Assembly: GCA_963819475.1 (NCBI GenBank) | Contig: CAWFWE010000009.1 | Location: forward strand, 16,104 to 80,103 | DNA length: 64,000 nucleotides | Reading direction: 5' to 3' | DNA from: an uncultured Actinomycetes bacterium | GTDB taxonomy: Bacteria > Actinomycetota > Acidimicrobiia > IMCC26256 > DASPTH01 | Shown here: positions 50,901 to 59,725 of the stretch, piece after piece | How the letters are laid out: each line of letters starts with the position of its first letter | Numbering within the stretch: the stretch's first letter is position 1 | The notes under the pieces: generated by a model | Told to the model about the DNA's origin: nothing | Seen by the model: only the letters and a program-made list of their open reading frames with translations | Database searches by the model: none | Translations under genes and position numbers: made by a program

Positions 50901-51592
50901 TGGAGACCACTGCGGGGCACGACACGTGCAAGCTCAGCATCTTCCATGCCCTCGTCGCGGTGTTCTCGGAGCGGTGCGGCGACGTCACAACGGCGCGCGC
51001 CGAGGCCGAGACCGCACTCCGACTGGCGCGTCAGGTCGACAATCCGTCTGCGATGGCGAACGCCCTGTGGTCGACCGGCAGGGCTCTGATCCGCGCGGAC
51101 CCCCCGGCGGCGCTCGTCGCCTACGAGGGCTACGTCGTGTTGGCCCGCACCGGTGTGAAGAGCGCCAACCTCGGCTGGACCCTCGGTGATGTGAGCTGGC
51201 TCAAGGCACGCGCCGGCGACCGTCGTGGTGCGCTCCAGGCGGCGACGGACGGCATTCGCCACGACCTCCGATCAGGCAACCGCACGATGCTCGCCGGCGC
51301 GCTGAACCGCACCAAGCTGGCGCTCGTCGAGCTCGGTCACCCGGAACCGGCCGGGGTGCTCGCCGGAGCCGAGCTCGACGGACCGCTCGTCGCGTGGCAC
51401 ATGGGTGACAAGGCCGCCCTCCTCGAGGAAGTAGAAGATTGGGATCGCGCGCTCGGCGCGCTCCGCACCTCGCTCGGCGCCGACGCCTACGAGCGCGCCC
51501 TCGGCGTCGGCTCGGCCATGACCTTCCACGAGGTCGTCGAGTACACCCTCGACGAACTGGCGCGGTTGTCGGCCGAGACGCGCGACGAGTGA
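47974..51592 (+). pseudogene. SARP (wHTH+BTAD) - class III cyclase - NB-ARC-like NTPase - TPR regulator, reading frame interrupted once
   Basis: ATG 47974 inside ORF 47854..50241. The SARP/BTAD part is AFGVLGPLQV...RLLLAALL...RAYARVRTLLGEELGIEPG. Cyclase motifs are TFVFTDVEGS, KTTGDGVHAAF and YGTAVNRAARV; the P-loop is GVGGVGKTRLA. The frame switches at about 49903-49906 (TCGCGCGG, one extra G) into ORF 49307..51592 (QAVDSSFVLDAP...RLDGVPLAIELAAAR... TPR-like repeats). The span is 3619 nt (3n+1). Confidence 0.8.
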
Positions 51593-51663
51593 CGAGTGCT
51601 CAGCTGAGTGCGCCGCGAGTGCGGTACCGTCTCGCACCGGGCACGAGGGAGCGGGGGCACACG

Positions 51664-52605
51664 ATGGACAACAGCGCGCGCGTCGAGACCCGGATCGGGA
51701 CCGGGCCACCGGAGGATGCCGGGATCCCGTGGATCGACCCGAGCATCCAGCAGCGGATCGAATGGCGTGACGGTGACGTCGTGATCTCCGTGCCGCCCAA
51801 GAGCGGCACGACCTGGACGATGAACATCGTGCACCAGCTCCGATCGGGTGGTGATCCCGATTTCTCGGACGTGTACGCCGAGGTCCCCTGGTTGGAGTTC
51901 GTTCCTCGTCCCGATTGCGACGTCGACGATCTGGTCGCCGCGTTCGACGCCATGGGCGACGATCGTCGCCGCGCCTTCAAGACCCACTCGGGCCCCGGCG
52001 ATCTTCCGTTCCTGGCCCCGGGTGAGGGTGCGGACGTGAAGTACGTCGTCGTGGTGCGCAACCCCGACGAGGCGGTCGCGTCGATGCGACCGTTCATCCA
52101 GGCGCACTCCGATGCGTGGTTCGACCTCTGGCAGGTACCGAAGGACGCCATCGTGGGACCGGACTTCGAGACGTTCGTCTCGGAGACGGCCGCCCCGATG
52201 GTGGGCATGGTCTTCGGGTTCGTGGCGGCGTGGTGGCCGCTGCGCAACCACCGGAACGTGCTGCTCGTGCACTTCTCCGACCTGAAGCGCGACCTCGAGG
52301 GGGCGGTGCGGCGCATCGGCGACTTCCTGGGCTTCGCGCCCACGGCTGCGCAGTGGCCGGTGATCCTGGAGTACACGTCGTTTCCCTGGATGAAGGCCCA
52401 CGAGGACAAGTTCGAGCTTCGGAGCGTCTCCGCCGTCCCCATCCTCGAACCCGGCGCCATGATCCGCAACGGCCAGATCGGTGCGAGCGCCGACGACGGC
52501 GTCACCTCGGCGATCTCGGCCGCGATCGCCGCCACCGGCCGCGAGATCATCTCGGATGAGCGGGCGTTCGCATGGTGTTACGACGGGGGACCGCTCCCGA
52601 GCTGA
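51664..52605 (+). CDS. sulfotransferase (Sulfotransfer_1-like)
   Basis: ATG 51664 inside ORF 51439..52605. The 5'-PSB loop is PPKSGTTW and the 3'-PB region is VVVRNPDEAVAS. Confidence 0.82.
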   Translation: MDNSARVETRIGTGPPEDAGIPWIDPSIQQRIEWRDGDVVISVPPKSGTTWTMNIVHQLRSGGDPDFSDVYAEVPWLEFVPRPDCDVDDLVAAFDAMGDDRRRAFKTHSGPGDLPFLAPGEGADVKYVVVVRNPDEAVASMRPFIQAHSDAWFDLWQVPKDAIVGPDFETFVSETAAPMVGMVFGFVAAWWPLRNHRNVLLVHFSDLKRDLEGAVRRIGDFLGFAPTAAQWPVILEYTSFPWMKAHEDKFELRSVSAVPILEPGAMIRNGQIGASADDGVTSAISAAIAATGREIISDERAFAWCYDGGPLPS

Positions 52606-53189
52606 CCTGGCTCCTCAGGAGTGCGGTAGCCGTCGCGGGTGAGGAGGCGGACGGGATCGGTGCCGTCCCACTCCGCGCAGGTCCGCGCGATCCGGTCCAG
52701 GCTCTCGACGAATCCCGGCGTCTCTTCGACGATCTCGGTGTAGAAGCCGAAGTCGTCGACGGTGTCGACGTACGCCAGGTGTTGACCTCTGACGACCATC
52801 TCGGTCACGAGCTCGTACCCGAGCGTGCGGTAGTGCGCGATCTTCCCGTCGTAGTCCGCGGTGATCGTGCACAGCTGGTGGAAGCCGGACTCACCCGCGT
52901 CGACCAGGTCGCGGTAGACGCTCGGGCGATCGCAGAGCTGCTGGATCAGCTCGATCTGCACCGGGCCGGCCTGCGCCACCGCGACCTGCACCTCGACCGC
53001 CGACGCGGTGCCGTGATAGGTGCACGGGGTCTCGATCGGGGGGAGCACGTGGAAGGGCCCGATGCCGTGGACGTCTGCCCAGCGCGCCGCCGTCGCCAGG
53101 ACGTCGTCGACGACGAAGCCGAGCTGGAACAGGCGATACTCGCCTTCGGGCCACGGCTGCTGGAAGAGGCGGTGTTCGAGCGACGTCAT
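52578..53189 (-). CDS. VOC (glyoxalase/bleomycin-resistance/dioxygenase) family protein
   Basis: ATG 53189 inside ORF 52578..53333. It has two beta-alpha-beta-beta-beta-like halves (LFQLGFVVDD..., GFHQLCTIT...). Confidence 0.7.
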   Translation of the reverse strand: MTSLEHRLFQQPWPEGEYRLFQLGFVVDDVLATAARWADVHGIGPFHVLPPIETPCTYHGTASAVEVQVAVAQAGPVQIELIQQLCDRPSVYRDLVDAGESGFHQLCTITADYDGKIAHYRTLGYELVTEMVVRGQHLAYVDTVDDFGFYTEIVEETPGFVESLDRIARTCAEWDGTDPVRLLTRDGYRTPEEPGQLGSGPPS

Positions 53190-54103
53190 GACGGGGTCTC
53201 CCTTCCGCGCGGGCGGATCAGCACCTCTTGCACCGCGGTCGCCACGAGGTGTCCGTCGGTGTCGTGGATCGCGCCCCGGACGAGGCCGCGATGGCCCGCG
53301 ATGGCGAGCGTCTCCTGCGTGTGCAGGTGCCACCGGTCGAAGCGGACCGGGCGGTGGAACCAGAGCGCGTGGTCGAGGCTGAAGCCGGTGAACTGCGTGG
53401 ACGCACCGCCCTCCGGATGGGAGCGGAACGCCATGTCGAGCAGCAGGTAGTCGCTCGCGTACGCGAGCAGTGCCGCGTGCAGCACCGGGTCGTCGCCGAC
53501 GGCGCGCGGCAGCCGCATCCAGTGCGAGCGCGGACCGTCGGTCGGGGCGCCACCCAGGAAGGTCGGCGCCTCGCCGATGCGCAGCTCCAGCGGGGGCGGT
53601 TGCTCGACCCAGCTGACGGAGTGCCGGCGCAGCTCCCGTGGCACGTCGCGCACCCAGTCCTGGAGCCGGGGCAGCTCGTCGGGACCCGGCACCAACGGTG
53701 GGGGACCGGCGACCTCGGGCTCCGGCGGGTTCGCGTGGAACGAGGCCATCAGGATGAGGAGCGGCCGGGGGCCCTGGGCGACGGTCACACGCCGGGTGGA
53801 GACGGATCGGCCGTCGCGCACCCGGTCGACCTCCAGCTCCAGCGGTGCTTCGGGGGCGCCGGCCTCGACGAAGTACGCGTGCAGGGAGTGGGGGAGCTTG
53901 TCCGACACGGTGGCGCTCGCCGCGAGCAGGGCCTGCGCGACCGTCTGCCCGCCGAAGACGCGGTCGAAGCGCCCCGGTTCGCCGACCACCCGGAAGCGAT
54001 CGGCCGGCTCGACGAACTCGAGGTCGAGCGCGTCGAGCAGGCCGTCGAGGGCGAGGAGGATCGCCCGCTCGAGTGTTGCGTCGCCGTCGCCCGGGGGCGT
54101 CAT
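53186..54103 (-). CDS. tesB: acyl-CoA thioesterase II
   Basis: ATG 54103 inside ORF 53186..54397. FGGQTVAQAL...HSLHAYF...ASDYLLLD...DHALWFH... is the double-hotdog TesB pattern. The stop overlaps the VOC start (ATGA). Confidence 0.82.
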   Translation of the reverse strand: MTPPGDGDATLERAILLALDGLLDALDLEFVEPADRFRVVGEPGRFDRVFGGQTVAQALLAASATVSDKLPHSLHAYFVEAGAPEAPLELEVDRVRDGRSVSTRRVTVAQGPRPLLILMASFHANPPEPEVAGPPPLVPGPDELPRLQDWVRDVPRELRRHSVSWVEQPPPLELRIGEAPTFLGGAPTDGPRSHWMRLPRAVGDDPVLHAALLAYASDYLLLDMAFRSHPEGGASTQFTGFSLDHALWFHRPVRFDRWHLHTQETLAIAGHRGLVRGAIHDTDGHLVATAVQEVLIRPRGRETPS

Positions 54104-54227
54104 CGCCTCGGAGGCCTCGGAAGTCACCGGGACATGGCTAGCACGCGACGGCCCGTCGGTTGCTTGAGCCGCCCGCGGCGCCTGTGACACGATTCGCTCC
54201 GAGTCGCAGCGGCGCGAGTCCAAGGGG

Positions 54228-55160
54228 GTGCCGCCGGTGTTGAGCGGTGAGAAGATCCTCATCACCGGGCCCGCGGGGCGGATCGCGTTCGGCCTCGCCC
54301 GGTCGCTCGTCGCCGACAACGAGGTCTGGGGGATCGCCCGCTTCAGCGACCGGGCCACGCGCGAGAAGGTCGAGGCGCTCGGCGTGACGACGCGCACCGT
54401 CGACCTCGCGAGCGGCGACTACGGCGACCTCCCGACCGACTTCACCCACCTGCTCCACCTCGCAGCCGACTTCAGCGTCGACGACTACGACCAGGCGCTC
54501 CGGGTGAACGCGGAGGGCACCGGGTTCGTGCTTCAGCACTGCCGCAACGCCAAGTCCGCGTTGGTGATGTCGACGGTGACCGTCTACAAGCCGCACCCGG
54601 ACCCCTGGCACCCCTTCCGGGAGGACGATCCCCTCGGCGACGCGATGGCACCGCCGTCGGCGCCGTACTCGGTGTCGAAGATCGCCGGGGAGGGGGTAGC
54701 GCGCTACTGCGCCCGCTCGTTCGACCTGCCGGTCACCATCGCGCGCATGGGTGCCGCGTACAGCGACCAGAGCGGCCTCCCGGTCTGGCACCTCGACGCC
54801 GTCGCCGCCGCTCAGCCGGTACGGACCCGGTGGGACCCGATGCCGTACAGCCCCATCCACGACGACGACATCTGTGGGCAGCTCGAGCCGCTGCTCGGGG
54901 TGGCGAGCGTTCCCGCGACGGTCGTGAACTGGTGCGGGGACGAGCCGGCCAGCGTGCAGGAGTACTCGGCGTACTTCGGCGAGCTCCTCGGCGTCGACGT
55001 GAAGGTGCTGGTGGAGGAGATCCCCGGCGCGTCGCACGGATCGGTGGGGGACCACACCAAGCGCAGCGCGATCACCGGCCCCTGCCGGATCGGCTGGCGA
55101 GAGGGCTTCCGCCGCGTGGCCGAGCACTTCTATCCCGACCGCGTGCAGCAGGGGAGCTGA
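54228..55160 (+). CDS. NAD-dependent epimerase/dehydratase (SDR) family protein
   Basis: 310 aa with a GTG start. It has KILITGPAGRIAF (a Rossmann motif) and the catalytic YSVSK. Confidence 0.82.
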   Translation: MPPVLSGEKILITGPAGRIAFGLARSLVADNEVWGIARFSDRATREKVEALGVTTRTVDLASGDYGDLPTDFTHLLHLAADFSVDDYDQALRVNAEGTGFVLQHCRNAKSALVMSTVTVYKPHPDPWHPFREDDPLGDAMAPPSAPYSVSKIAGEGVARYCARSFDLPVTIARMGAAYSDQSGLPVWHLDAVAAAQPVRTRWDPMPYSPIHDDDICGQLEPLLGVASVPATVVNWCGDEPASVQEYSAYFGELLGVDVKVLVEEIPGASHGSVGDHTKRSAITGPCRIGWREGFRRVAEHFYPDRVQQGS

Positions 55161-56329
55161 TGGCGGCATCTTCCCCGAAGCCGACGACGTCGCGGTACCC
55201 GAGCGGTGAGGCGCTCCTGGCCGACGCGGCGGCGGCGACCGGCCTCACCGACTTCGGCCCGGGCGACTTCCGCGAGGGACTCGACGTGCTGCTCGAAAGC
55301 CTGGCGCGCGACGCGGATCTGAGCCCCACGACCGACGCCTCGGTCGTGGACGATCTCCGTCGGCGCCTGGTGAATCGCCTCGAGGTCGAGGCGTGGTACG
55401 GCGACCATCCGGAGCTCCTGGAGCTGCCGGTGCAGGGCCCCATCGACATCAACGGCCTGCCGCGCACCGGGACCACGGCCCTGGCCAACATGATGTCGCT
55501 CGATCCGCAGTTCCGCTGCCTGCGCCAATGGGAGCAGGTGCAGCCGTGCCCGCCGCCGACGACCGAGGGCGAGGCCACCGATCCGAGGCGGTTGCAGCTC
55601 GCCCGGGAGAACGAGCAGCTCTCGCCCGAGCTGAAGGCGATGCACCTCTACGAGGTGGACGCGACGGTCGAGGACACGTGGTTGCTCGGCATGGCCTTCC
55701 ACGGGCAGCAGTACACGGTCCCGGTGTACGGCTACCACGCGTGGTGGCGCGCGGCCGACCTCACCTCGACGTTCGAGTACCACCGGCGGGTGGTGACGCT
55801 CTTGCAGTCCCAGCGCCCGCCCAACCTCTGGTTGTTCAAGGCCCCCCACCACAATTTCGACCTGGAAGCGATCGTGGCGGCCTATCCCGACGTGCGCTTC
55901 GTCATGACGCACCGCGACCCGGCCAGGTCGGTGCCGTCCTGGGCGAGCATCGTGTCGACCATCTTCCCGGCGTCGCAGGGACCGCGCGACCTGCACCGGG
56001 TCGGTCGGGAGGTGTCCGAGCACCTGCGCGTGGGTGTGGAACGCGCCATCGCCGCCCGGTCGCGCCTCGGGGAGGCGCGCTTCCTCGACGTCCACCACCG
56101 CGACCTGATCGCCGACCCGATGGGGACCGTGCGCGCGGTCTACGAATTTCTCGGGTTGGAGCTGCGCCCGTCGGTCGAGCAGGCGTTGCGCGAGTGGCAG
56201 GAGGCCAACCGGTCGGGCGCACACGGGACGCACCGCTACACCGCCGAGCAGTTCGGCCTCAGCACGGCGCAACTGCGCTCCGACTACGACTTCTACGTCC
56301 GCCACTTCGACGTCGCGCTCGAAGCCTGA
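55160..56329 (+). CDS. sulfotransferase (Sulfotransfer_3-like)
   Basis: ATG 55160 overlaps the previous stop (TGATG). It has the GLPRTGTT PAPS loop and THRDPARSVPS. Confidence 0.8.
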   Translation: MAASSPKPTTSRYPSGEALLADAAAATGLTDFGPGDFREGLDVLLESLARDADLSPTTDASVVDDLRRRLVNRLEVEAWYGDHPELLELPVQGPIDINGLPRTGTTALANMMSLDPQFRCLRQWEQVQPCPPPTTEGEATDPRRLQLARENEQLSPELKAMHLYEVDATVEDTWLLGMAFHGQQYTVPVYGYHAWWRAADLTSTFEYHRRVVTLLQSQRPPNLWLFKAPHHNFDLEAIVAAYPDVRFVMTHRDPARSVPSWASIVSTIFPASQGPRDLHRVGREVSEHLRVGVERAIAARSRLGEARFLDVHHRDLIADPMGTVRAVYEFLGLELRPSVEQALREWQEANRSGAHGTHRYTAEQFGLSTAQLRSDYDFYVRHFDVALEA

Positions 56330-56379
56330 CCGACCGACGTACCCACCTTCCTGCACCGCATCCGCGAGGAGACATCACG

Positions 56380-57585
56380 ATGAGCGAAACCGGCGCGCGT
56401 TCGCTAACCGGCTGGGCCGACCAGATGAAGGCGCTCGAATCGGTCGGCGACAACCTGCTCGCCACGTGGCGCCCGGACGGCGCGACCCCGGCCGAGGTCC
56501 AGGACATGAACAAGCTCGCGCTGTCGATCCTGTCGTGCGGCTACCTGTGCCGTGTCTACACCGACTCGCGCCGCCCGGTGTTCATGCCGTTGTGGAACTA
56601 CGCGTTCAACCAGGGTGGTCCCGATCCCGACTACGTCTACTCGACCACCGAGGTCGACCCGAACGGCGTGTACCGCATCTCCGGGTACCGCGGCAGCACG
56701 CGCTTCGTCGAGATCACGCAGCAGAGCTTCGACATGATGAGCCCGGCCGACATCGACGGGAACGGTCCGCCACTACAGCTCACCAACGACCTCGACGACC
56801 TCGAGCACGACGGCGACGGCTACTTCAGCGTCGTGCTCAGCGCGGAACGGCCGGCCGGCCACAGCGGCGACTGGTGGGAGCTCGACCCCAGAGCACGCCG
56901 GCTGCTCATGCGGCGGTGCTCGTGCGACTGGACGCACGAGATCGACGCCCGGGTCGCGATCGAGCGCCTCGACGACGGCGGCGCCGACATGTCGCCCGAG
57001 GAGATCGCGCGACGTTTCTCCGAGCTGGGCGGGTGGATCGAGGGGATGATCGGGTTCGACATGAAGCTCGTGCGTTACTACCGCGAGCACCACGGGGTGA
57101 ACACGTTCCTCCGCTCCTCGAAGATCGACTCCATGGGCGGGCTGCCGAAGCAGGCCTACTACGACGGGATCCACGAGATCGACGACGACGAGGCGCTGAT
57201 CCTCGAGACGGCGCTCCCGGAGCAGGTCCGCTATTGGCAGGCGCTGGTCGGGGACGATCGCTTCTGCACCGTCGACTGGGTCAATCGCCAGTCGAGCCTG
57301 AACGACGCGCAGGCGCACATCGACGACGACGGCAAGTTCCGCGCCGTCATCTCACGACTCGACCCGGGCGTGCCCAACTGGCTCGACAAGGCCGACTACC
57401 CGTGGGGCATCATCCAGATGCGCTGGAACCGGGCGACCGACTACCCGGACCCGACGATGACGAAGGTGCCGTTCGCCGAGCTGCGCCGGCACCTGCCGGC
57501 CGACACGCCGGTCGTCACCGCGTCGGAGCGTCAGGAACAGCTGCGCCGGCGGCGCGAAGGCGCGCAGCTGCGACGCATCTGGTAG
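56380..57585 (+). CDS. DUF1214-like protein (family call tentative)
   Basis: ATG 56380 follows GAGGAGA, inside ORF 55393..57585; 401 aa. YRISGYRG...FVEITQQ and PNWLDKADYPWGIIQMRWN resemble DUF1214/DUF1254-type proteins. Confidence 0.65.
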   Translation: MSETGARSLTGWADQMKALESVGDNLLATWRPDGATPAEVQDMNKLALSILSCGYLCRVYTDSRRPVFMPLWNYAFNQGGPDPDYVYSTTEVDPNGVYRISGYRGSTRFVEITQQSFDMMSPADIDGNGPPLQLTNDLDDLEHDGDGYFSVVLSAERPAGHSGDWWELDPRARRLLMRRCSCDWTHEIDARVAIERLDDGGADMSPEEIARRFSELGGWIEGMIGFDMKLVRYYREHHGVNTFLRSSKIDSMGGLPKQAYYDGIHEIDDDEALILETALPEQVRYWQALVGDDRFCTVDWVNRQSSLNDAQAHIDDDGKFRAVISRLDPGVPNWLDKADYPWGIIQMRWNRATDYPDPTMTKVPFAELRRHLPADTPVVTASERQEQLRRRREGAQLRRIW

Positions 57586-57588
57586 CGC

Positions 57589-58235
57589 TCACTCCACCAG
57601 CTCTTCGTGCTCGGGTGGCGGGCCGGTCGTGGTGATGCGCTGCGTCTCGGCGTCGGGATCGACCGCTGGCTCGGCGCCGGCGACCGGCGCGAACCCCCCC
57701 GGTGTGGCGGCGGCCGGTTCGTCGTCGACGGCTTCGGCGTCGAACAGCTCGACCTTGGCCGGCGCGGCGGCGCCATCCCGGGTGCGTACCCCTGATAGCG
57801 CTCCGTCGCCTCGACGATCCGGCCGCTGAGCGCGATGAGGCGCTGGAGCAGCTCCTCGCGGACGTCGGAGAGGTCGTCGATCTCCCGTTGGATGGCGTCC
57901 CGTTGCCGGAGCGCGTCGTTGACGGTGCGCTCGGCCTGGCTCGCGGCGGCCAGGGTCGTGGCCTCGCTCTCGGTGCGGGCGCGTTCCCGGATCTCCTCCG
58001 CCTCCTCGTTGGCGAGCTGCAGGATGGAGGCGAGCCGTTCGGAGATGCCGACGGTGCCGGGCGACGACGCCAGCTCGCGCCGGCACTGCGCGAGCGCGGT
58101 CTCGGCCTTGCGGGCGCGTTCCTCGACCTGGACCGAGTACTCGGTGTACGACGTGAGGTACTCGTCGACCTGCGCCCGGTCGTAGCCCCGAAACGCCTGG
58201 GAGAAGTCCGGTGCTTGCCGCTCGCTGATGCTCAT
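57589..58235 (-). pseudogene. DivIVA-domain protein, reading frame interrupted once
   Basis: ATG 58235 gives MSISERQAPDFSQAFRGYDRAQVDEYL... and a coiled coil, in ORF 57531..58292 up to ...ATERYQGYAPG. An acidic tail, DGAAAPAKVELFDAEAVDDEP...EHEELVE, continues in ORF 57589..58374. The switch lies at the C/G run at about 57776-57790. The span is 647 nt (3n+2). Confidence 0.7.
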
Positions 58236-58325
58236 GTGCTCGCTCCAAGGTGCCGGCGTGATCGTCAATGATCGCGCCGATGACCGGTGCACGCGTCGCC
58301 GCGGTCAACCCGGTAGCGTCAGCGC

Positions 58326-59609
58326 GTGACGAGGCGGGGCGCGAGCGATGCCGTCGACCTCCGGGCGCGTGCACTGGCCGTCCTCGAGGACAACCATCGC
58401 GACGGGTACACGGTCCCGGCGCAGGGCCTGTACCCGTACCAGTGGTGTTGGGACTCCGGCCCCATCGCGCTCGGGTGGGCGGCGGCGGGGAAGTGGGACC
58501 ACGCGTGGGCGGAGGTGCGGCGGCTGCTGTCGGCGCAGTGGGCGTCGGGCATGGTCCCGCACATCGTGTTCTGGGAGTCCGGCGACGACTACTTCCCCGG
58601 ACCCGAGGTGTGGGGCACGTCGCACGCGCCCCCGACGACGGGGATCACGCAGCCACCACTGCCGATCTCGAGCGCGGCGCGCTTGTTCGTGGCCGATCCC
58701 GACCGGGACCGCGCCCGAGCGATGTTGGCGGCGATGTGGCCGGGGCTGGTGGCGTGGATCGAGTGGATCGCCCGCGCCCGCCGTGGACCGCACGGCGCCT
58801 GTGTGATCGTGCATCCCTGGGAGTCGGGGATGGACAACGCGCCGTGTTGGGATGCGCCATTGCAACGCACTCCCAGCGCGAGCGACCCGCACCTCGAACA
58901 TCGTGATGTGGCGACGGTCGCGGCCGCGCACCGACCGACCGATCACGACTACCGCCACTACCTGGGCATCGTCGAACGGCTGCGCGCCGCAGGCTGGGAC
59001 ACCGAGCACCAGGCCGCGGTCAGCCCCTTCGCGGTCGAGGACGTCGCGTTCACCGCGATCGCGGCGCGCGCTGCGAGTGATCTCGGGCAGGTCGCGCCCG
59101 ACGTCGGTGAGGACCGGGCACCGCTCGACCGGTTCGCCACCGAGGCGCGCGCCGCGTTGACGACGCTGTGGGACGACGAGGCGGGATGGTTCCGTCCGTA
59201 CGCCGTCCGGGGGGAAGCGCCGCTCGGCCCGCTGACGGCGGGTGGCCTCGTGGCGCTCTGGGCGGGCGGCGTGCCTGCCGCGCAGGTCGACCGCATGGTC
59301 GAGCGCCTCGACGGCTGGGGTACGGCCGCACCCTTCGGCGTCCCCACGTGCGACCCCACCGCGCCGGCGTTCGACCCCGAGCGCTATTGGCGGGGGCCGG
59401 CGTGGGTGCTCGTGAACTGGCTGGTGGCCGACGGCTTCGCGCGTAGCGGCCATCCGGAGCGCGCCGAGCAGCTGCGCGCGTCGACGTTGGCGCTCGTCGC
59501 GCGTGTGGGCTTCAGCGAGTACTACGACGCGACGACGGGGCGCGGCATCGGGGGTCACGGGTTCTCGTGGTCGGCGGCGCTCACGCTCGCGTGGTTGATC
59601 CCCAATTGA
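58326..59609 (+). CDS. GH63-like (alpha/alpha)6-barrel glycoside hydrolase, glucosyl/mannosylglycerate-hydrolase-like
   Basis: 427 aa. YPYQWCWDSGP, HPWESGMDNAPCWD, YWRGPAWVLVNWL and FSEYYDATTGRGIGGHGFSWSAAL are motifs typical of this fold. Confidence 0.7.
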   Translation: MTRRGASDAVDLRARALAVLEDNHRDGYTVPAQGLYPYQWCWDSGPIALGWAAAGKWDHAWAEVRRLLSAQWASGMVPHIVFWESGDDYFPGPEVWGTSHAPPTTGITQPPLPISSAARLFVADPDRDRARAMLAAMWPGLVAWIEWIARARRGPHGACVIVHPWESGMDNAPCWDAPLQRTPSASDPHLEHRDVATVAAAHRPTDHDYRHYLGIVERLRAAGWDTEHQAAVSPFAVEDVAFTAIAARAASDLGQVAPDVGEDRAPLDRFATEARAALTTLWDDEAGWFRPYAVRGEAPLGPLTAGGLVALWAGGVPAAQVDRMVERLDGWGTAAPFGVPTCDPTAPAFDPERYWRGPAWVLVNWLVADGFARSGHPERAEQLRASTLALVARVGFSEYYDATTGRGIGGHGFSWSAALTLAWLIPN

Positions 59610-59725
59610 ACAGGCGGCGCCGCCCACGGCGACCGACCGACGCGGTGCCGGTGCGCGACTCCGACGCGACGGGACGGCACCCTAGGATGACCGTCTCTTG
59701 AACACCCGACCGGAGGGGGTTGGAC

